Virus record (IMG/VR): IMGVR_UViG_3300006329_000001
Location: 32,001-96,000 of that record
Reading direction: 5' to 3' (one strand)
Origin: a virus
Length of the DNA: 64,000 bases
Shown here: positions 50,001 to 62,000 of the stretch, piece by piece
How the letters are laid out: every line of letters starts with the position of its first letter
Position numbering within the stretch: position 1 is the first letter of the stretch
Made by a program: the position numbers and the translations under genes
The notes under the pieces: model-generated
Told to the model about the DNA's origin: nothing
Database searches by the model: none
Seen by the model: the letters and a program-made list of their open reading frames with translations, nothing else

Positions 50001-53000
50001 GAATAAAGTTCGTTATTAGCGTTGAGGAACTTACTGGTGTTGTACTGGATAGCATTAGTTCCACCTGTAACCAAGTCAGCAATAATAGCAGGAAGAATAT
50101 AAGTCTTGATTTCGAAAGTGCACTTATTAGGATTAGCGTTAGGGTTTTGATAGAAGTCATAAGTTGTACTATTAATATTTGCTTGGTAGGTTGCTTCTAA
50201 CCAACCAACTGCTTCAGCAGCGATTGCATCACGGTTCTGCCAAATTAGATCACCTGCATCTCTGAATCTCTGACCTGTAGGTCCAAGAACATCTCCAATA
50301 TCATCACATAATTTAACAATAGCATCCTGAATCTCTTGTGAAGCAGGAGATGAGAAGTTGTTAGGTATACGAAGTATATCAGTATACTGAGTACCACCAT
50401 AAGTCTTAAGATCTGAACTTGTAGTTGTAATTACATAATTACAAATTGGTGCTAATTCTCTATAGGTGTAAATTGACTGAAGAATCTCATTAGCGATATG
50501 CTCTAATCCTTCGTATGCAGTTAAGTAGTTTCTAGCAGCAAGTGTACTGTTATAGTTACCACCATAACGTAAATCTTGGATAACACCTTTAAGAATAAAC
50601 TCTTTAGTATCTCTTAAACAGAAACTTGTACCCTGTTGAGGACCAACTCCATCAGCAGTATCACCAGGCATCACCAAATCAGGGAATTTTGCCTTCATCT
50701 TCCAGACTGCAGTTTCAGCAATCCATGCTCTGTTAAGTTCTAAAATATCTGCTGCTTGACGGAAAGCATCTCTTGATATATCAACTTCCTCAACAATAAC
50801 TTCACGAGTATCATAATCAACTTTAGTTGCTTGAGAAGCAGAATTAGTAGTACCAGTTAGAGTTGCATATGCTTCATTATTACTCATAATGATAGGCAAC
50901 TCATTACTCATTGAGAAGGTAATACCAGTTGTAGATGTTGGGAATAGAGTAGAAGGTGTAAAGGATGAAGTATACTTAGACTCTCCACCATAGAATACAA
51001 CGTTATCAATATATCCAACATAGTTGTTACCACCGTTCCACTCAGCACCAATAGTCATCTTACGTTCACGGTAAGTATTAGTGTCTGTGTAATCAGTACC
51101 AACTTGTGAACCATTAACCCAAAGTTTGAGTATTTGACTGGTTCTAGTCATGGCAATGTGATACCATGTATTAGCACTCATACCATGAGCACCACTAATC
51201 ACATCAGAACCATTAATCTTATACTTCAGGTTACCTGAATCAAAGTAAAGACTTGGAGAATTAACTTCTGAAGCACCACTTGTACGCATATCAAGTAGGT
51301 ACTTAGTAGTGTTCATTGCAGTTGTAGGACGTACCCACATCTCAATGGTAAAGTCTGATGTGCCAAATGCAGGTATAGTGGATAATGCATATGAGAGGTA
51401 TGCTCCTGAATCAAGTTTCAGGGACTTCGTTCCACTACGTTTTTCTATAGCTGTTAGTCTTGCTGAAGCAGGATATATGGTAGTAGCATTAGTAACTGCA
51501 CTCTGGAATGTATGTGCATAACTACCACCAACTTCTACAGCATCTGCGATTGCTCTTACAAATGTATGTGGAGTAGTATTAGAAGAAGGAGCAGAACTTA
51601 ATACGTTAATAGTAATAGTTCCATCTTGTCTAGTAATGTTGTTAGAACCAGAAGTTACATATGTGTGAACATATTGCTCATCTGCAGGAGATTCACCAAC
51701 CTGAACACCAATATTATTATCATCGATTACAGTAACATCTAACCACTGATTATCGACTGGATCAGTGCTTCTTGGATATGTGTGATTACTACCATTACCA
51801 TCTTTAGTGCAACTGAATGTTAATGAATCGGTAGCAATCTTGATTCTGTTACCAGTCTGCATTCCATGGTTAACAATACTAAGTTTAAGAGTACCGTTAG
51901 AAGGTTCATAAACTGCATCAGATGAAGTAAATGTTGCTTGTACACCAATAGAGGTTACATTAATCTTAGTATTGTATACAGGGTCTTGTCCACCTGAAGG
52001 GTTACCTGAACCTGCAACTCTAGGATAAGAGTGCTCTGTAGCATCACTATCTTGAGTACAAGTAAAGATCAATGAATTTGGTTTTAATCTAATACTGTCA
52101 CCAACATTAAGATTATGGTTACCAACATTAAGAACAGTAGAACCTGTGATTGGATCATAATCTGCACCAGTTACTTGTAAGTATGTCTTAGGAGTAGCAC
52201 CAACATTAACTGTAAATGTATTAGTTGTAGTTTTTAAAATCTGAAGTTGTTGTCCTTGTCCAACTGGATCATCAGCACGAGGATAGTCATGGTTGGATGC
52301 ATTACCATCCATTGCACAACTAAATCTCAATGCATTAACAGCAAACGATACTTTATTACCTACAGAATAACCATGGTTATTAAGAGTAAGAGTTAACTGT
52401 CCAGTATCAGGATCATATGTTGCTCCTGTAGGAGTTATATTAACGTTAGATCCACCAGGATTATTAGTAATCTTAGTATTGGTGACATACTCTTTAAGTT
52501 TAAAGATACCAGTAACAGTTTGAGCATACAACCATCTTAAACCAGAGTTTGCACCCTTAAGTGGGAATGATGCACCAGTAGTTGCTCCTATAATTGTGTC
52601 ACCAGGAACGAAGAATCCAGTACCACCTCTATCCTTATAAGCAAACTTGTAAACACGAATGTTCTCATTCTCTTGATAAGTACCATCTGAGATAACTGAG
52701 AGTGCATTGATATTATCAAGGTTACCACCTGCCTTAACGGAATTAGCAATAGCAGATACAAATGTATGTGTGTAGTTACCACCAGAAATTACAGCACCTG
52801 CAGTTGCAGATACAAATGTATGAGCATCAGTATTAGAGATAGCACCCTGTCCACCGTTCACATTAACTGTGATTGTGGTTCCTGTTTTAGAAATGATAGG
52901 AAGTGCAGTGTCATACGCATAGTCAGCACCACTAGATGTGTTAGCACCATTAGCACGAGGATATAATCCTTCACCACCACCGTTGTAAGCACACTGGAAT

Positions 53001-56000
53001 CTTAATGATTCAGTGGCAAGTTTAATACTTGTACCAACTTCTAAAGTGTGTGCACCAATAGTTAATTGCAAATCACCAGAAGTTATATTGTAATTTGCAG
53101 CAGTAACATCATGGTTAACGAGAGGAGTTGTACCAACGTTAATTGTAATTGTTGTATTTCCACCACCAACAGCAGTAATAGGGATCTGCTTTTCATACCA
53201 TGGGTCAGTAGGACGTGGGTATGTCTTTTGAGCAGTATTACCATCCATACCACAAGTAAATGTTAATCCATAAGGATCAATTCTTACAGTGTCAGATGTT
53301 GTTAAAGTATGTGATCCAATGGTAAGAACCATGTCACCAGTTGTGGCATTATAAGTTGCACCTGAAGGAGTGAACTGATCACCACTAAATGCAGTAGTAG
53401 CAAGATTTGCTAAAGTATCAATAGAAGATGCTACGTTTGCACAGTTTGTTTCATTCTGGTTAGATCCTGAAGCATAATCTGGATCATAGTAATGTGCAAC
53501 ACTAGAACTCTCTAGATATGGAGCAGAGTATGTTGTAGGATCATTAAGGTTATAACCAGTTTCACTAAGAGACTGACTGTAGAGCAAGTTTCTCATTGCT
53601 CTCTTACATAATTCTTTTGCTTTATTAAATGCAGTTATCGCTTCTTCTGTTTCTGGAAGACCATTGTTAATTGGAATTCCATTTGAGTCAAAGAACTTCT
53701 TAGTAAAGGTTACAATTGCATAATTACCATCACTTTCTAGGTCATCTGCAATAGCATCAATAAAGTATCCTGTATCTCTATTACACTTGATCTCTTTAGG
53801 AGTATAACCTGCATCAGGTGTAGTAAGATCAATAAGATCACTTAGTGACGCTGCTTCGAGGACTTCCTTAACATTGGTCCAAAGAGTTGTAAGAGCAGCC
53901 TGAACGTCAGCACAATTGTCAGCACCGTTGTTAGTAGTATTGGTACCTGCTGATCCATAATTACCGCCAGGATTAGGGTCAGCAGTAATACCAGTATTGT
54001 TATTAGGTCCACTAGATTGCTCATTGTATTTTGTATAAACGACAGCATCAATAGTTTCAGATCCACTTAAAGTGTTCTGAATAGCATCCTGCATATAATC
54101 TACACATCTCTGGAATCCCCAAACAGTTTCAGTTTCTTCACCAAGAAGATATGCTAATGATGTGCCATCAGGGAAGTACTTTTGTAAGAACTTACGAGTA
54201 TAAACTGTACCACCCCATCCTGTATCTCTTGAGAGAGCATCGATGAGATATCTCATATCTCTCTTACATTTAGTAGCACTAGGAATTGTAGAACTAGGAT
54301 ACTGAACAATCATGTCCTGATATGCCTTAGCAATAATCCATTCGCTATTTTTTTGTATTAAACGATATCCATCTTTAAATCTACCATACTGAGTAGTTTC
54401 TGTTTCTCCAGTGTAGTAGAAATCTGGATAGTCGATTGCAATCTGAGAGGTTGCAAAATCGATAATTTCTTGTCTATTATTTCTAATGCTTCTAGCAGCA
54501 TCTTTATATCTGTTAATAGCGTCAGTTTCAGCATTACCGTAACTAACATTGATAGAACGAATCTTATCATTATTAGTGATTGTACCACCAGATAAGTTGT
54601 TATATTCGATCTCAGTAGAACGTACTGACTCATAATCAAGGAAGTCAGCGTTAATACGATCTGCAGCGTCAGTTAATGTAGTAGGAGTAATAGTTGTCTC
54701 AGAGATATTATCAAGAATAATATTCTGGTTAGATAGAGATATAAGTCTCTCAAATACTAATCCGAAGAATGTAGAACCTTTGTTAATGATAAGAGTATCT
54801 ACAACGTCACCTAACTTGATATCACCTGAAACAGTAGCATTTAACGATCCAGCAGTAATTGTTTCACCATCAACAAAATTAGCAACAGATTTAGCTACAA
54901 AGTACAATACAGGTGGTTGTGCTTCAGCATCTACTCTAACAACTTCAGCAAGAGCACCTGAAATTCCACCAGTTAGTTGATCTCCTTCTTCGAAGGCTAC
55001 TGCAGTTGCAAGGTTGATAGAACTGATAGGATCTCTATATGGAGAAATTCCAACTACTTTAGCAGCAATATTTGATGCTGAAGAGTATATAAAGTCATTT
55101 AAGAAAATAGCATAAGCACCAGTCTCATATTCGGCAGTACCAGAAGTCTTAGAAAGAACTAAGAAGGAATCAGTATTACCATCAAGGTCTAAGTTAGTTT
55201 CTTCGACTTTAGCGGTTTCTCCACTTAAAGCAACCTTAGTAACGATTTCTTCGAACTCAAAGATAGTTTCTTGACTTAAAACATCAATGGAACCAATTAA
55301 AGCACTAAATCCAGTTCTAGAAACGTCAATTCTTTCATTGAGTTGATAAGGACCAGATGTGATGTCAATAACATCAATACTTGCTGCACCAGTAGCAACA
55401 ACTCTAGAATTGGCATTAGAAGTGAATCCAGAAACAAAATCACCGATTTGTGGGAAAATACCACCAATAGTGTTTAGATTAAGTCTAGTAATCTGTAATA
55501 TCTGTATTTCTACGTTTCTGTAAACAACCTTAGAATCTGGTCTTGGTGGTTCAGCAAATACGATCTGATTACCAACAATTTGATATGCAGTACCAGGTGA
55601 CTGGATAACACCGTTTAAGGTGACCAACATCTGATTTTCTTTAATTATTACCTGTTCACCTTCTACACTAAGTGGGAATCCTTTAGTAGAACCATCAAAC
55701 TGATCTGAGATGTTATCTAACTTCTTAACGATAGATGTTAAGATTTCCTCAGAGTTTGTTAGTCTTTTCTTTCTGAATAGAACTTCAGAGTTGTTAAATG
55801 TAGAATATATTGGTTGAGCAGCACCAAATGATGTAATTTGGTTAACATTGGTATATTCGTTAATATTAACCTGTTTTGTAAACTCAGTACCAATCTTACG
55901 TCCAGAAACGTCCTTACCACCAGTCAGTTCTAACTGACCGAACATATTAAATCCTGCAGGGTGATTATTCTCTAATACCTGCTTCTTCCAACGGTTAATT

Positions 56001-59000
56001 GGAATTTGTGACTTAATAACATATGAGAAGTTCTGATAGAAGTAAGAGTCCTGAATCTTTTGTACGATCTCAGAAGGTTTACCAACGTCATCAATAAATC
56101 TACCAGATGTTCTTGTAAGAGCATCAATATTAAGAATACCTCTTGCAATGTTAACATTGTCAATAATACCAGATGCACGAGATATAACACCTTGTACTTT
56201 ACCACCTACAACAAATTCACCACTTGGATTAACAATCTTAAGAATTTTAGGACCAATTTGCCAACCGTCATTAATAGAAACAGTACCGAAGGCATTTGCT
56301 AATTCATAAGATTCACCTTGGAATACTTCTTCAGATTCTAAGAATCTTGAGGTTTCTACAACAGCAGTTGCTTGACCACCGAATACCTCAGTAAGAAGAA
56401 CCTGTCTTCCATCACCTTGTGTTAAGAAGGTAATAAAGTTACCAGAATCAGCATCAGCAGGTGTTAACGCAAATCTAAGTTGATCAGATTCTAGTGAGTT
56501 AGCATCACCTGCAATAGCATAGTAAGTCTGTGTAGATGACAATGAAGTCAAACCAACTGAACTTGGTTTTGGTAGTTCACCAATTGTAGTACCGATATCT
56601 TCTGCACGGAACTGTACAGCAGCACCAGTTGTAATACCATGTGGGAAGTTAAACTGTAGATAGTTAAGGTCTAAGTTAACAACGTATGTAAATTCTGATT
56701 TTAGAGTAACAACTGGTTCTGAACTATATCCTGCACCTGGATCTTTAACGATGATCTCAGACAGTCTGTTGTTTTTAACAACTGCCTCAGCATTAGCACC
56801 AGTTCCACCACCACCTTCGATTACAACAACAGGAGCAGATGTATAGCCAGCACCTGGATTGGTTATCTTGATCTGTGATAGTATTGAGGTATTAAAGAGT
56901 TGTAAGTTAACTGGGAATGCAATCTCAGGACGTAGAGTATAGTCATGAGAGTAACCATAACCAAATTCATTGTTCTTAAGAGTTTTAATCTTACCAATCT
57001 GTGTACCAGTTAAGAATATAGAAGCACCTGTACCTTCAGCAGGTATAACAACAGTTAATTCTGCACCAGAACCAGAAAGTGTAGGTCCAAGAATTCCTGG
57101 TATACCATCTACATCGATAACACCAGTTGTGTATCCAGAACCAGGATCAATAAGAGCAACATCACTGATTGTTCCTGAATCAGTCTCAGCATCAATAGTA
57201 ACTGTGATGTTAGCTAGACCACCTTCACCATCACCTATAATAGGAACCTGTGTATATACGCCAGGTGCATATTCAGTACCACCGTTAGTAATTCTTATCT
57301 TCTCAATCTTACGATCAGATGCAACCTCTGAAATAATTGGTAGTTTCTTATAGAATCCACCTGGAGAGATCAACTTAATTGTGTTAATAGGTCCAATCGC
57401 TTTCTTAGAAGTTGTGGAATAGTATGAATTAGGTTTATCCTGATCATCCAATCCAATCATTGCAGTATTAAATTCTGGTTCATGCTCTAATGGGAATCTG
57501 AACTCAGTATCACTAATAATCGCAGCAATATTAAATGTACCATCATAAGGAGTCTTAATAACATCAATAAAGGACTCAGAACCAACTGGAGAGTTAGTAG
57601 ATAGTGTTCTACTAGGATCAAAGTAGTATGTGATGTTAGTTACTTCACCACCAACTGTAAACTTAACTATAGGAACTTCGGTAGAAGAAGATTGACCAGG
57701 AATTCCTTCACGTTCGATAACGTTAAATGAGTATTCTAGTTTAAACTGGTTATCTTGAGAGAATGATAAGTAGTAGTCTTGGTTAGAAGCATCACTCATA
57801 TCAAAGATATAAGAGTGGTTTCTTACCAACATTAGAGTTGGGTGCTTAGATGATATCTTAACACTAGCAATAGCAGAATTATCAAATAAAGGATCAGATA
57901 AAGCAGTTGCCCTCATTCTATAAGTAAAGTCTCTTGATGAGAAGACTTCTTCTACGAAGAATGATCCATCAAACTGTGTGCCCTGGAATCCCTCAACAAA
58001 GAGGATATCTCCTGCACTAAATCTATGTGCACTAAGAGCATTACAGTATATAAGATCAGTCCTAGTCTCTCCTGTGCGAATAATATCCTTATTAAGAGTA
58101 ACTACTAATTCTATTTTCTTAACTGTAGTTACGCCATTAATTTGACCAATTTTAGGAAAATCTGTCTTTGGCCCTGCCGTTACACTACCACCAAGCGAAA
58201 TTACATCACCAACTATGAAATCAGATCCAGGATATACCTCAAGAATCTTAACTCTATAATCACCAGGATCATAAGGTCTGAACCTAGCATATTGTGATAA
58301 TGCATCATACTGTTGCTGCCATGTCCAAACTACAGTACCATCAGTTGCAGTACCAGAAGTATGTGTAGGTGCAACAGTACTAGAAACACCTGCAGTAGTA
58401 CACTTATATCTCTGTCTTCCCCAGTAGACTTCATCATTTAATGAGAATGACTTACTAGGACTCCATAAAGGTATAGTTGGTTTTGGCCAAGCATGTTCTA
58501 TTAGATCAACTTCTATAGGACCAGCAACACTAATAAACTGCCATAAAACACCACCATCGGTTACTATACCAATCTCATGAGTAGGTGCAGTAACACCAGA
58601 TGTAGCATTGTTAGTTGCTTTGTATATCTTACCTGCGTTGTAAACCTGTGTATCAACTGTATATGCTTTACTTGTTACCCACTGATCTTGTGTTCTTGCT
58701 TGTTCGAATACAACATCATCAATAGTATTCTCCTCACCAATATCATTTTGATATAGATCAGTAGTATCATTACTAAATGTACCATATATCTTACCAACCT
58801 TATACTTATTACCAACACCAGGTGTGTCTATTGTACCAGTTGGAACCTCAACAATAGTACCAAATCCCTGAACAATACCATTCTCATTTGTCTGCTGTAG
58901 AATTGTTCCTTTAGTAAATTTAATATCTTGGTTAAATGTAAATTCCTTAACTAAGTCAATCTTCTGGAATCCTGCATCTCTGACGTAGAACTTCGCCATA

Positions 59001-62000
59001 GGAACTGCAGTTACCTTAACTTTTCTACCAAGTGGTGAAGGTATTGTAGAAGTCTTAGATGCAAATGTATGACTAGCACTTGTAAAGTTGTAACTACCTG
59101 GTGCAAGTTGTGATATAACATCAGAGTAGTCAAGAATCTGTAAACCAGATGAACCTTGAGTCCATACTGTTACAACAGGATTACTTAAAGTATTAATGTT
59201 AATCCCTGATGTTTCTGTAAACTTAAGTGCTTTAGTATGAGTAGTTTCAGAGAATGCACTATAGTCACCTCTCTTATCATGCTGACGATCAAACTTAATA
59301 ATGTTAACTCTAGAGTCAGTAGAAGTGATTCTATAACGTTCAGTAGGAAGAGTAAATGTTCCACTCCATACTGAATTAGGATCAATAACAAAATCATCAA
59401 TAGTACCCAATAAGCAGTTACCTGTAGCAGGTGTTGTCTTATTAGCACCAACATATACATCATTAAGACCAATATTTGTTACTACAGTTGCAGTACAAAC
59501 CTGTGCACCATCAAAGTAAACAGAATACTTATATGAACCTAAGGTTGGTTCTTCCTTAACTATTGCCCAATGATGGAATGAAGATGACCCCATCGCAGTC
59601 CAATATGTACTACCAACTGATGCAGTAGTAGATCCACCACCACCCTGAGGTGCAATGGTCATCTCAATCTTACCTAGATTAGGACTAGAAGCATTACCAT
59701 CAACAGTAACAACAAGACTATTGCCAGTTGCATCATCAATAGTAAACATCTCAACCTTCGGATTGTTCGAAGCATGAGATGGTTCCATGTAAGACCATGA
59801 AGATACAGTCCAATTAGTTGTTATTCCAGCTCCTGCTGCCTTCATATAAGCAGGACCACCAGAGAACTTCAGAGCACCTGCACCAAACTTAAATTCTGAG
59901 GTATTATGAATAGCATATGCAGCATTTGAGAAACTTGTAGTTACAAGTGCTTGTTTTGTGCTATCTTCATCTAAATCATTCTCATTCTCAAAACGAGCAA
60001 CATATGTCTGTACTGGAAGTTGCTTATTACATGGAATAATAACATCACCAGAGTTATCTACTTGGTGACTCCATGCTGACATACCAATATCATCAGTATC
60101 TTCGATATTAGTACTCTTAAGAAGACTTCCATCATACTTAAAGTTCATTGCAACGATTTGACGATCATTATCCCAATATTTCAGATCAGCAACGACACTT
60201 ACATTACCAAAGACATCTAAATTGATACCTGCATGTTTAACTGCTTCGAAATTGCCACTAGGAGCAATAATCTTAGAAAACTCGTATGTTGGACCTGCTG
60301 CAGGATTGGTAGAAAGTTGATCAATAGGTATCTTAAAGAATGCTATACCATAATTCTTAGTTCCATTCCACATATCACATATGAAGAATAGATCGTTCCA
60401 CTCATCAAGAATGAACTGTGGTCTCTGTACACTACCACCTGCTATAGCAAGTCTCTTAGTATAGTTAAGTTCGATGTTTGCACCATCGTACTCCATTTCA
60501 CCGAATAATAAGTCATTATTATCAGCATCAACACCAGTCCAAAGCATTTTATTGTTTCCAATGAACTTAAGTTGGTTCATTGACTCACCTTCGTCATCAG
60601 AAGCAAATTTACGCTTCTCTACAACGTCACCTAGGTTATTAAGTTGCATAACCCAGATATCGTTAGGATCTGGAGAGTTAGTATCAGTCCAACCGCAAAT
60701 ATAGACTCTTTGCTCATCATCTAGGTGAATATCACCTGCATAGTCTCTTCTAGCAGATCCAGAGACACCTGCGATCTCTTTTTGCCATCTGACAATACCT
60801 TCAGGTGCATTTGCATTATTAAACCCAGATTCGTACTTAGCAACTAAAATATCGGGATTATAAGTCGCAGTTGTCTGAGATTCGGTTTCACCGATAATAT
60901 AGATCAATTCATTCTCTTCAGAAGTCTCATCAAGGTACATTGACTTCCAACGAGCAACTTTATTGGATGCAGAAGGTAAAAGTGTTCTATCCCAAACTAA
61001 AACACCCAAATCAGTAAATTTAGCAAGGAATGCAGAAGAATCACCATTAACTTGAGTTAATTCACCACAAATGTAGATATAACGGTCTGTGGTTATCTGA
61101 GAATCGAATATTTGGATTTTATCGGTATCTTCGTAATATTCAGATAACCAATAGTAAGTTTTCTTGTATTGTTGTGGATGAGAGACTCTAATCTGTGGAG
61201 GAGCGTCTACATCGTATCCAAAACCACTATTAACGATATTAACGCTTCCAACCTTACCAGTTGTCTCATCTAGAACAATATTAAAGTTAACGTCTTGTCC
61301 AGAAGAGGTAATGATCTCATAAGTCGGTGGAATCTGTGTATTGTAACCAATACCCGATTGTGTTACTGTAATAGTCTCAATACCAGTAACAACTGACATA
61401 TAGTAACGCTTGTTAGTATTATCAGTAATAACTCGACTGTTAACAATAATTTCGTCTTGTGCGATAAGTTCATGGTCTGTAGCAGTGGTGATTTTACCGT
61501 ATGGGATGTCATTAATGACTTCCTTTGTATATGCAGCAATGTCTCGGCCCTGGACCGACTCAATAATGGCAGAAGCTCCGAACCCGTCTGTACCTGTGTT
61601 ATCGAAGAATAAAGTGTCATCAACCTGATAAGAAACACCTGCGTTCTCAACAACGAATCCATCAATCTGTGCAGACTCGAATTTAGTGGTTGTATCAACC
61701 TCAATATCAACTCTTGACTCTGCTGATACTCTAGGGAAGTAATCATAGATCTGTAGTGCTGCTTCTTCTGTTATTGCTTGTTCTGTTGCAATTTCAGCAG
61801 GAGATATGATTGCATCACCATCTAAGTCCTCAATTTCGAAGATAAGAAGATCACCTTCTCTTTCAGTCACAAATGAGTCTGCCTGTTGGTTTGGTTGACG
61901 CTCAATATCAATATCAACGTTTACATATGGATCTCTGAATCTTGCAACGTCTTGAGGGATGTTTTCTTGTGTTGCAGTTTGTGATAAGTTCCATGTATCA

